DNA of 64,000 bases from Nymphaea colorata (taxonomy: Eukaryota), in contig NC_045138.2 of assembly GCF_008831285.2 (NCBI RefSeq), positions 12,524,001 through 12,588,000 of the forward strand, given 5' to 3'. The position numbers and the translations under genes are program-made. This document shows, piece after piece, positions 34,843 to 47,441 of this stretch (the first letter of the stretch is position 1; every line of letters starts with the position of its first letter). Under the pieces are notes generated by a model. It had not been told where the DNA came from. It was given only the letters and a program-made list of their open reading frames with translations, and made no database searches.

Positions 34843-37800
34843 TGTTGGAACTCATGATTGGAGAGAGAGAGAGAGAGAGAGAGACAAAAAATCATTCATT
34901 AGCTGACCCTAATCTCTAACTTAAGGGAGATTAGGAGTCGGCAAGTCTTCTTACATAAGAGAACCACATAAATATAAGAAATGCCTATTTAAAAGTTGGA
35001 GAAGTTTAGAAAACAACCAAACTTGAACAATTTTTTAGTTTCAATTAAGTTGGAGCATAGATATCAACCATGCTCAGCTTGTTACAACATCTAAAAAAAA
35101 ATACCAATAGGAAAGACCTTTGAAAACATATTTGCTTCCTGATCTTCAGAAGCTACATGAATAGTAGACATAGCACCTCCTTGTATGATATCTCAAACAT
35201 AACGACAATCCACCTCGATATGCTTTGTTCTCTCATAAAACACTAGATTATTAGCAATGTAAGTAGAAGCCTTGTTATCATAATACATCTTCATAGGAAG
35301 AGGAACATGAACACTTAGATTTGTTAGCATAGATTTAGCCCAAGTCATCTCAGTAGCCATTTAAGCCATTGCTCTATATTCGGATTTTGCACTTGACTTA
35401 GAAACTACATTTTGTTTCTTGCTTCTCCATGATATGATATTGCCTCCAACAAAAAAATAGAAGCCTGTGGTGGATTTTCTATCATCAACCGACCCTACAT
35501 AGTCAGCATCACTGTAAGCAACAATCTTTAGAGACTCACCTTTCTTGAATAGGAGGTCTCAATCTGGGGATGACTTTAGATATTTTAAAACCATCAAAGC
35601 AGCATCCCAGTGAATTTTTTAGGGCTTTTTTATAAATTAACTTAGCTTCCCAACAGCAAACCTAATGTCTAGTCTAGTCACAGTAATATAAAGAAGTTTG
35701 CCAATGAGAGACTTGTAAGATCATGAATCCACTAGCTCCGAGTGATTATCGTGAAGATGAAGACATAGGTTCAAAGGAAGATTAGCGAGCTTGGCTCCTA
35801 ACATTCCTATACCTTGTAGTAGGTCAAGTACATATTTTTTCTAAGACAAAACTACACCTTCCTTGTTATGGGCAACCTCAATCCCAAGAAAATACCAAAA
35901 GTGACCAAGTTCTTTCTTGACAAAGTGGTTCAGAAGGAAAGTCTTTGTAGCCAAAATCTCTTGATCACAATCACCTATTAGGATAATGTCATCAATATAT
36001 ATTACCAAAACAAGTATACCTTTGGAGGTCTTCTTGATGCATAGAGAATGGTCCAAAGGAGATCTTTCAAATCCACACAGTGAAATAACTTTAGATAAGT
36101 TGTAGAACCATGCATTGGGACTCTGCCTGACTCTATAAATTGTCTTCTTTAGATGATACACTTTCCTACACTCTTCTGTCGCTCAAACCCTGGGGGTTGC
36201 TGCATATATACAGTCTTCTCAAGATCACTATAGAGGAAGACATTCTTCACATCCAACTAATACATAGGCCAGTCATAGTGTACCATAATAGAGATAATAA
36301 CCTGAATAGTACCTAACCTGACCACAAAAGAGAAGGTCTCAAAGAAGTGAACTCCATATGTCTCGGTATATCCCTTAGCCACTAATCAAGCCCTACATTT
36401 TTCTACGGATCCATCTGAATAGTGTTTGACTGTAAAGGCCCATTTGGAGCCAACAATATCACAATATGAAGGAGCTTCAACCATCTCCCAGGTACCATGC
36501 TATAAGAGGGTGTCGATCTCACCCTGCATAGCTTGTCGCCATTTATAGTATAGCAATGCCTGTTGATGACTAGTCGGTATAGTATAAACTAACATAGCAT
36601 GAAGGAATCGCTGTAAGTAGTCACCAAGATGGTTAGTAGAAACAAACTATGAGATGGGATGCATGGTATATGTCTTTTACCTTTGTGCATGGCTATAGGC
36701 AGGTCCTCAAATGGATAAATGTCAAGTATACTCACTTTGGTGGAGATCACACCTTGAGAATACTCTGGTGGTCGATCATGAGAGGGACCCTGTTGGCATT
36801 TGTAGACCAATGGGAGATCCTAAAACTAACTCATAATTAGAGTAGAGGAAAGAAAAGACTGTAATGTGACTGGAGGAATAGGTAAAGGAATGCGAGAAGA
36901 CATCTCAGAGGACACAAAAGGAGCACTAAAATAGGTTGGGACTCAAAGAAAGTGACATCCGCATTGATATACTCTTTGTGAGTTAACAGATCAAAACACT
37001 TATAACCTTTTTGTTTTCAAGGATAGCCAATGAACACGAACTTAATGGCTTGAGCAGCAAGTTTGTCATGTTTAGACCCAAGGATGTGAACAAAACAAGT
37101 ACAGCCAAATACTTTGGGTACAATGGGCAATAATGGTCAGTTAGGGTAAATAAGTTTAATTGGGACTTTGTTGTCAATTGAGGATGATGGTTAACAGTTG
37201 ATCAAGTAGCAAGCCATGAGTATTGCACCTCCCCATAACTATGCAATTACATGGTTGTGTAGCATTAGGGTACGAGCAATAGTCAGAAGAAGTTGCTGAT
37301 GTTTTCTCTCAGCAACTCCATTTGTTGTAAGGTATGAAGACATGTTCATTGGAGAGACATGTCATTTTGAGAATAAAAGATCATTAAGATTGATAATTTG
37401 AACTCAAGAGCATTATGAGTGTGAATACACTTGACCATAAAACCAAACAAAATTTTTATTTCAATAATAAGGTTTTTAAGAGTACAAATGACTTCAGATT
37501 TTTTTTTTCAAAAGAAATACACAATTAATTCAAGAGTAATAATCAACAATGACCAAAAAATACCTAAATTTAGATTAGCTAGCAACTCTGTTAGGCCCAT
37601 CAACATGAAGAAGTTCAAACAACCCTTGACTCGATAGACTAAGACTCGAAGGAAAACCACTACAAGCATGCTTACTAGGTTGAAAGGCCTCACACTGAAA
37701 TGACTCTGGGACTGAAAGATAAGGTAGGATGTAACAGAGCTTGGACCCTGAAGGATGACTGAGCCTAATATGCCACTAAAAGGATGTAGACTTTGATGCA

Positions 37801-40128
37801 GAAAAGGTAGCAGCAAACCCCCTAGGGTTCGATAGGATGTAGACACCCCTTTCTCATAGCCACCACCAAACTTCTTCCCAGTTTGTAAGTCCTGAAATGA
37901 GCATGAACTAGGATGAAAAATAACTCGATAATGTAAATCAGCACTCAACTATTTAATGTATAGCAAATAAAATTGAAACTTAGGAGCATATAAGACATGT
38001 AGAATGGTCATGGACTGAGAAAACTTCACATCTCCATAACCCAAAACAGGTTTGCAATTTTGACATGATGTGATTGAGAAAATCTATGCAAGGAGGTAAA
38101 AGAACTAGGTCTACTATAGAAATATCTCGTTGCACCTCGGTCAATAATTCAAGAAATACCCCAATTAGGCTTGGATGTACCTAACAAGTGAATTGGATCA
38201 ATCAAAGCTGTGGAAGCTGAAGCCTGTGAGGCTTTGTATGCCAAAATTGTTCATACTCAGATTTGCCAATATAACTATAACTGTCTCTGATACTGATTAA
38301 GAAGACTCGTCCATAGTAGGAGTGGCTACCTAGGTAGAACCCATAGGAGGCTAGGAAAAACTCTTGCCCTATTTAGTCACAGTACCCTGCCTATGCTATA
38401 GAGGATGGATGATCATGTTTGTCCCAGCAACGATCTTCCAAGTGTCCTATCTTCCTACAATAGGTGTATTGGAACCTCCCACAACCACCAATTCCATGAC
38501 TTGCTCCTCTTTCTCTAGCATTGTAAGTGCTGCCCTAACCACGACCACCACCCACAACAAGAGTAGAAGTGGGAACCTCACTAGCTGGTTGGGACAAGGT
38601 AGTAGCAAGATGACTAAGTTTACTCTATGCGTCAGAGAGGTCAGAAACTTCACTCTCAGTGAGCATATGAGCCTTAGAAACTACATACTGAGGTGATAGA
38701 CCTGCAGGAAACTTTTCAACCATGGTAGGTTCAAAGTGTGGCTTATAACAAGATTTGCGTGGGGGATACAAGAATTTCAGCCTCTCATATGTTGCTTTAA
38801 TAAATGCAAAGTACTATGATAAATCTTGATCTCCCTGTCGAAGATTGTGCAAATCTTCTTCAACTTTAAGAATTTTATTAACATTTTTGTCGTGTGAGCA
38901 TATCTGCCTAAGGAATTCCCACTTCTCCTTAGCAGTGGTATAGTAGGCAATAGTGGAAGCAATTTGTGGCTGGACGCTATTCAAATTTCAAGACATAACC
39001 ATGCCGTAGTCCTCTTCCCATGTCATGTACTTCCTTGACTTGGCAATAGGTTTGTCTTCTTCAATTATATGCCTCTTTGATGTCTTGTGGTAGACATCAT
39101 AAAAGATCTAGACCATAATTCATAGTTCTATACATCTAACTTGACCGTAGATCTATAGGAGAAGGGATTGTGAGTTAATTTATATTCATTTCCACCATCT
39201 GACTTGTTGATTTCAGCCATAATTAAACGCAATAGGAAGCTGTATCAAGGGAAAAGAGACCACCAAACAAATGCCAGTAGGTAAAACACACGAAAGAACC
39301 CCGAACTTGTAATTAGGTAGTCACGCAAGAGGCTAATCAGCAGAACAGAAACCAGATATATCACATGTAGCACCACTAACAACTTATAGATAGATTGCCA
39401 TGACATGTAGATCTCTGAAGGGATTTTTGGACCAGCAGCAATACAGGGTATTGTTCATCAAAATAAAATAGAAAAACCAACCACAAAGTGATCAATGCAT
39501 CACACATTTCCACACTTACGTCACCAATGCCACAGTCACATCCCACAAACATCAGAAAACTGCTTCTTACTTCACGTTACTTACTTTCACATCAGGACTC
39601 TAATCATGTCTTCGTCAGAAAAAAAAAAACGTGACTAAACTCCACACACAAGGGTGATCAGTAGATTAGATCTTGATCAGATCTGGACATTACGTCTCTA
39701 GATCTAAGATCTAATCATTGTAGTGGAGAAGGGAGAACCTCTGGTCTGATGTTCCACAAAAGTCAAATGATCTGAATGAGATCTGAATCTGAGAAAGAAA
39801 GCCAATTAAAGAATACCGACAGAAACATGCAATCATCGGAATCTCCCCACTGCCGTAAGAGTTTGCCGAAATGGTCATCACCAGTGGAAGTCAAGTGTTG
39901 TCATTTCCGGTGGCTCTGATACCATGTTGAAACTCACGGTTGAAGAGAGAGAGAGAGTAAAAAAATCATTCATTAGCTAACCCTAATCTCTAACTTAAGA
40001 GACACTAGGGTTGGAAATTCTCCTTACATAAGAAAACCACACAAATATAATAAATGCCTAAAGAAGATTCTAACTCTCTAAAAACTAGAAAACTACCAAA
40101 CTTGAACATAATCTTTCTAGTTTCAACA
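34843..40128 (-). mobile_element. Full-length degenerate Ty1/Copia LTR retrotransposon 2 (5' LTR 39925-40128, 3' LTR 34843-~35044)
   Basis: TG...CA termini, TSD GTTCT/ATTCT (4/5), perfect PBS TGGTATCAGAGC (39913-39924). RT motifs LVIYIDDIIL and YFLGIEVA; RNase H KHIEVDCRYV. LTRs contain (GA)n. Confidence 0.95.
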
Positions 40129-40689
40129 ATTCTCCTAGACCATCTCCACCATAGACTGAACCAGATTCACAACCCAGTGCATCATATAATAGAACCACCC
40201 AACCATCTAACAAAAGAACAATATTAGCAACAATTGATGAGGACTATAAATTGCTTTCCATGACATGAATAACAAATATGCAGAGATATTGCATGAAATG
40301 CTTAACTCAGGGAATGGCCTTGATGAATGAGTGCCTTGGTTGCTTGAAAATATAAGCAAACAATAGTAAGTAGTTCATGTTTCATACTTCTATATAGTTG
40401 TGATTTCCATGAAAGTATGTTTCTTATTCATGTTCAAATATGTATTGTATGTGGTGCGTGCTTGATGAATATGGTCGTTGTAAAAGAATTGTTTTATAGC
40501 AGTATTCTTACTAATCTCATTTACATATTCTAACAACAATATGTATGTCAATGGTATGATGTGTCATTAATAAACTTTCAATTCTGGGCTACTAAGTGTT
40601 ACAGTCATGTTTCCAGACAAGGAATAAAAATATAAGTTGATGAACGTGGTGTTTGCCTTTGTCCTCATCTTCTTTAGACACCTTTACTG

Positions 40690-41049
40690 AAGTATACAAA
40701 TAGTTTACCCTTATAAAGATGCTGGTAGCCAATTCATTGATAACATCATTAATGGCCATCTATGGAACTACTTGGACTTAGTATGCATGAATCACAACAC
40801 ATTATTTCAACATGAAATATCTTGAGAGAGAGAGAGAAATTAATTAGAAGATGCTTGGGAAATCTGCATTGAGAAATAAGTCACTATCTTTCTATTAATT
40901 GTTGGCTATAATAAGTGCAATTGTGCATGTCAAATATGTTTCAACATTCAAGTCAAGCAGTTAGCAAGTATGTCGCATATGTCTTATGTGTACTATGTTT
41001 ACTGGGAGAAGATTACATCTGATGACAAACAATGGCACTCCATCCAAAA
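40690..41049 (+). pseudogene. PIF/Harbinger transposase N-terminal remnant
   Basis: GSQFIDNIINGH...IEK*VTIFLLIVGYN...FQHSSQAVSKYVAYVL...GEDYI matches the plant Harbinger EEQVAIFL..VGHN...FQHSGETVSRYF pattern. Confidence 0.8.
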
Positions 41050-41666
41050 GGGGCATGCCTACCAGAGGTTGTGTCTCAAGCAGATTCTGAAAAGAGGTTA
41101 TCCATTTTCAGATTCTGGATTTTTCAAGAGAATCTGAAGGAGAACACGTTACCCATAGCTGCTTCTTTAGTTTTCTTTTTCTTTTTTGAAAAATTGATCA
41201 CCTTAATTGATTGGGCCTGTTCTAAAAAAATTTTGGAAGTGAGAAGAGAAGGACATATTTGGGCTGCTCCTTTCAGAAAAAGGAATGGATCAATGTTGAT
41301 TTGATCCTATTTCCATCTTAAGGAGATTTGAGGAGCACGTCCAGGTTGGTGGATTCCTGATTTTCTTGGAGAATGGTTTAGCTTTGAGTGTGTTGAAGTG
41401 GTTCTTTCTTAAAATTTTGAAAGAATTTGGGAAGGGAGAGAAGCACGCTCACTAGCTCCTTGGCCTTGATCCAGATTGATCTCAAAACTTCATTTTAGTT
41501 CTAATTGAATTTGAAATCTCATTCAAATTCGATATAAAAATATTCTGATTTTGAATTGATAGTTCGAAGTTGATTTAGAGCTGAAATTGCAAGTGGTTCC
41601 TAGACTCGGGTCTAGGGTGGGCATCGAGGTGGGTGGCTTCAAATCTTTCCTAAAATATTTCATGGA

Positions 41667-42874
41667 CTATGTCACATGGGTGCGGGTGCGACACGGGGAT
41701 ACGGGTGTGGATACGGCAAGTTTCACAATTTCCGGATACGCGGATACGGCAAATATAATACTCTCAAAAAATTATAAATTGAAAAAAAAAAACAAAACAT
41801 TGTTTATCAATATCATGATTATCATCAATCTACTCATTGTCAATGCCCACATCGTCCTCAGACTCATCTTTTTTCATCCACAATTTCACATGTTGATGGA
41901 ATAAAATTATAGACGGTTCTTCGAATCTTGAATTAACAACTTCAAGTTCATTGTCATCTTCTAAGTTAAAGTCCTCAACATTCACGTCCTAAGATTTAGT
42001 TTCTCCTTCCCTACGAGACAAAAAAAAAATTGTGCAGCACTACAACAGCAAGCGTGATGGGTTGTTCGTTGATCTTCGTGATGGTCCTGATGGTTTGTTG
42101 ACTTTTTATTTTCTGCTTTTCTGTTTGGTCATTTGTTTGCAGCCTCTCTTAAACCAAAAGTAAAATTGGTTGGTAAAGAGCTCTTCTCTATTTCATGTAC
42201 TTTCATAATCTGCAGTTCCATGATTTGGGACTCAAATTTCTCAGCAATAGCTTTAACCATATCGCCAAAATTTTGAGGACCATCTCTGTTATGGCCCATG
42301 TCGAACCAGCAGGTTCAGCAGTAGAACCGCAGAACTGCTGGAGAACCGATTAGCACTGAATGATTCAAGCAGCAGATAGATTAGCAAGATCACCACCTGC
42401 AGAAGATACAAGCTTTTGAAATGCACTTAAAATTGGAATTTCTCAGCAATAGGTGCTTCTTGTCAAATTACAAGTGTCTAAAAGAGCATAATCAGTTTTA
42501 TCTATGGTTATTTAGAGAGTTAGCAACAAAGATCAACGAACAACCCATCACACATCACGCATCATTCAACAAAAAGTTAATGTGTTACAAAATCCGAAAC
42601 CTTAAAAAAACCCCAAATGAAGAACACAGTTAAACTCAAAAAGAAAAAAAAAAAACCCACTTACCTGTCCATCGCCGGCTGCTGCCGGGGATGACCGGAC
42701 ATCGCCGTGGGTCGCGGGAAGTCGTCACCGCTTTTAACATTTAGCGGATCAGTTTTTTAGCTTTGGATCGGGTCTGACCCAAACCCGATCCAAACGTATC
42801 CGTGAAGTATCCATATCCGAATCGCCGTATCGATACGGATACGTGGGCTAGTCCCACGTATCCGTGTGACTTAG
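41667..42874 (-). mobile_element. hAT deletion derivative (1208 bp)
   Basis: TIRs CTATGTCACATGG / CCGTGTGACTTAG, TSD TTCATGGA/TTCTTGGA (7/8), subterminal GATACG repeats. An acidic transposase tail REGETKS*DVNVEDFNLEDDNELEV lies on the minus strand at ~41900-42010. Confidence 0.88.
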
Positions 42875-44899
42875 TTCTTGGAATTTTCAAAGGTGCCACC
42901 CGAAAAATTTGGGATGTTAACACTATAGAAAATGCAAATCATTTATCTAGATACAATATGTTAGTGTCTAATTGAATTCAGTGCATTGGTCTCAGCAAGG
43001 GTGAGACATGAACACACATTTGCAATCTGAATTGGTGGAGTAAGATGTAAATGATATTCTCTTCAACGTTGATGATATCTTGGGCTAGCTAAAGCTTTTC
43101 ACGAAGACATGTACTTTTTCATAAAAATAAAATGAAATTGGCATAAATTTCTATGGAGCACATGATGATTTTTTAAGCTTTGTCTCTTTATTAGCCCTAT
43201 ATTCATGTTATTCCAGTCATATGTGTCTGAGGACCAAGTTTTCAAGATATAAGCTAAAAGACTGCTATAGAATAATTTGCAGACGCTTAATTTTTCTTTT
43301 TTCTTCTCATGTAAAAGAATTAATGAGTCAGGGGAACTTGAGGCCTTAGAATGATCTTATTTCGTTTCTCTAGTTTTCAAATATCTGTCATGTTACTTCA
43401 AGTTTCTTGAGATCAAACCTGAGCTCACAGTTTGGATAGGAGCTTACTAACAATAGGACATGCCTTTTAAGTTCAGAAAGTCTTCAATGTCTTGAAAGTT
43501 CACATGATTTTTAGAAATGTTTTGCTGGTCATGACATTGAATGTTCTATAACTGCCATTCTATTGAAAAGCGACCTTGCTAGTATTAATGAGTAATGATT
43601 TCTTATTTTCTTTGATTGGTATTTTGATTCTATTTGCTATGGTTCATTGATTGCATTTCTTATTTTGTGTTTATGATGATTTTTAGTTGTCTCTCTCTTT
43701 TCTTTTTCAGCTGTAGAAGGTCATGGATTGATTAATAATATTTTCTTCTCAAGTTTATCTACCTGATTTAGTTGGTCAGGTGAAGCTTGTTGACAATAGA
43801 GGTTCTTCTATCTTATATACTTCTGAGGTTACTAAAGGGAATAAAAAAAAACTTGTGGGAAATTTTTTGGATCAATTGCATTTCAAGTATCCTTGGACAA
43901 AATTCAGTCTATTCATGATAAGGATTGTTTTGTTTCCTACTCATGAATATACTGGTGATGAGTTCTATTGTTGTAGTTGATTGTTAAAGAGTTATGGGAG
44001 TATTTTATGTGCCTCGTTTTTAAACTTTTAGCTTGGACTATCTCTTATATACATGTTTATTTATCTTAATTGTCTCAATTGTATTCTATTAATTCTTAAA
44101 AAGATTGAGATTGTAAGTTATCCCTTGTTTCTTTTATGTTTGATTGTTTATAGACATTTCCATGTTGTGTTGCTATTATATTTTAGATTTTGATATTCTC
44201 TAGGCAATGGTTCAAGACACGGTGCTAATTTGAAGAAACAATAACATTCTAATATGTAACAATAGCTTAATAATGCTTTATCAACTTTATTTCCATCCTC
44301 CTTGCTTATTTTGGGGAACGTTTCTTACAATTTAAAAGATTAAGTAATATTGGGCTCACTGAGATAACAAGGAATTGATTAGAAATTTTTGCCTTACGTA
44401 GAGCGATTGCATTAGTATGCAAAAGCTGTAGAATGTGAATTTCTGCTTCTCTACTCTGTTGGACACCATGTTTTACTTCTGAAAATTATGTTACGACTAA
44501 ATTGGACATTTATCATTGGATTTAAATCAATATCGATATTTTGACCATGTTCAATGAAATACAACGATATTCTTTAAATATTTTTTAGAAACATGTTTTC
44601 AGGGGCAAAATTTTCTCCTTACACAATGTCTTTAAAAGTCTTATATTTAAATCTCTTGGTAACGTGACATTGTTTTCTGTTTTGGGAGGTGGATTATTCG
44701 GAGGAGAGAGAAGTTCTACCGCTTCGTAGCTTGTGAGGGTTCCAAACTACAGGGGGGAGGAAGCAGCTAGCCTCCCCTAATTGAGGGCCTGGTGGAGATG
44801 GCAGAAGCCGTGGCACAGGCAGATGAGGCTCCCAAAAGATGGGTGGATGTCGTGGGGAAGTAGAAGAAGCCAAACTTTTCACCCTGCCCACAGGTAGAG

Positions 44900-45420
44900 G
44901 TTAGATTTGATAGAGAAACATTGGTAGTTGATATTCACCCTCAGGCCTATAACGAAATGAAGAAGCCTTTCCTCTTTGCAGCTGTTGTTGAGCTGTAAAG
45001 GGGGAACGTAGGGTATGGGCTGTCTAACGTAGGAAGCAATGGTCGGAGGTGATAAACCTGCAATTTCTTTATCATAGGCAATGGAAGTTTCTGATCCGTG
45101 TGGTCTCGGAGCAGGAGCTTCGAATGGTTCTCTGCAAGAGGGCCTAGAATGTGGGTAGCCAATTCCCAGTTGCGTAATGTTGGGTGCCAGAGGATGAAAT
45201 GAGGATCAGTGAGGAGGCAGTTGTGGGTCATGGATTCAGCTTCCCAATCTTCTGGACAATATCTTCTAGCTATTGTCTGCAATGAATACGCCTTTCAAGG
45301 AGTGGTGCGGGCCCTTAATGGAATTTTTATTGCAGAAGATCAGTGTACGAAGGCTTGGAGTAGGGTTGGTTTTTCCAGAATCTCTGTGGAGGTACCGATG
45401 AGTTTCACTCTGATTCCTTA
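44900..45420 (+). mobile_element. LINE ORF1 (DUF4283-like) fragment
   Basis: FLIRVVSEQELRMVL, WIQLPNL and EDQCTKAWSRVGFSRISVEVP, similar to plant L1 ORF1 D..T....R..FARICVEV. Confidence 0.7.
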
Positions 45421-46625
45421 TAGTAAGCTCGGTCTAGGATTGATTGTTCTTCTCATTGCTGGGCCCTTGATCTATGCAGCTTCATTTCTTGTCTCTTGAA
45501 GGTTTTTTTGTGAGCAACTGTGTGTAGCAGCTGGTTTTGGTCCCTCTGGGGTATTGATGCATTGTTCTTTCTTAATAAAAGGTGCATATCTCCCCGCAAA
45601 CCTTCTTTGGAAATCTCTTGGTGACTTATCAAAGAGTTTGACCTGCTCTCTCCATTTAAATATTTCAACTTGACTTCTCAGAATTAGCCAAGCGCTGAAT
45701 TAATCTTTCGTTCAACATTGATGCTCAAACTTGCTTTGAGGATGGTGAGCAAATAAATCTAACGACTTTTCCTTTCATATACGGATTGGCTTTGGATCCA
45801 TATGATCATCTTTTGGAGCTTATTTACTCAAGATCTGGCTTGTTTTCTTTACTCGTTACCGCAAAGGACAACATTTATGTATTTTTGAAAATTTAAAATC
45901 TGAAGTACCGTTATCAAAAGATCAAGATACTGCATGGATTTGCTCGTCCATGAGTTGTGTGACAATAGATGCATGAATACAAATTTTCAAAACTTTTTTA
46001 ATGTTTTACTAAAATAACAATGGAATTATTAGTATTTAAAAAATAGTCAAGAATAAATTTTAATTATTTAAGGATATGGTTACTATACCCACTCCTTTGG
46101 AGTCATTTTGCTGCATGAAACTTAAAAAGTCAGCTAACTTATTCCATCTAACATCACAAATAATTTTTTTTATATATACTATCAATTATTTTGATTCGAA
46201 TACCAAGGAGTGGGTGCACACGCCACCTACACATAAATTTGGGTAGACTCCACCATATTCTTCTATTCATTGTTTGCTAACCAGATGCAACCTCGATACT
46301 ACTGATTTGGTCTACTTCTTCTCTATCCTAGTTTTAGTTCACAACAACAAATAAGCATGACCGGAAACCATTTCTAAAGTGCAGACAGCCATTCCTAAAA
46401 GTAATTATGAACGGACAGGAGACCGTTCCTAAAACACTCCTAAAAGTGGGGCTCCAAAATACTTTTGGAAACATCTACTACTGTTCCTAATGGAGATTTA
46501 TTAGGAATGGTCTTTAGCATGTATTCCTAAATGTTCAAATCCTAATTACATTTGAACATGTATATAGGAACAGTCGACTGACCACTCCTAATACCTCATT
46601 ATATCACTTTTAGAATCTGAAACCC

Positions 46626-46671
<46 letters not shown>

Positions 46672-47441
46672 GTTAAACAAAAATAAAGCAAATTTTTAAT
46701 TGATAACAAAATTGTTTACATTAATGATTAAAAATAAAACTCACTATAATAAGTCAAGACGAACAAAAAATAATTATGAATTTATTGTCACCTACAACTA
46801 AAAAGAATAAAGTTCAAAGTTCATAAATAAGGTGTTACAATTGTCAAGGAACACACTTCATAATTTTGGCCTAACATCTCTGTGTTTGATGGCCTGGAAA
46901 TCATATAATACATATTCTATTATAATTGATGACCTGGACATATTCGAAGCAGTGAAAATGTCACCTTTCTGTAGTTAGCTATTGTAATCTCTCTTTTGTT
47001 TTGGTCATTTAGTTTGTTCGTAAATGCTTCCTCAACTGCATAGTTACACCAAATGTGCACTCTTGGAGCTGATTCTCAAGGTGCACTCTTGGAGATGCAA
47101 CAATATGTACATCTATCAATTTGAATTGAATAATTTAGGAATGAGAAATTGACAAATTTTGGGAGCATTGAGTGACCTCTAAGGCACATGGATAGTAGAA
47201 TTTCACAAATGATTAACCATTACCTTTACTTTGTTTACTATGCATGTATATGAATTGGTGAGGCGAATCATGTGGTTCCAAAAACAGAATACTGTATTGC
47301 ACAAGCTAAATCATGGACAAGAAAAAGAGGCAAACAATCTAAAAAGAGATAGGATATGAAAGCAAAATATATTCCAATCAAGTCAAAATTTCTTATCTTT
47401 GCAACGTAAACACATGGACTCAAACAGTTGATTAGACATAA

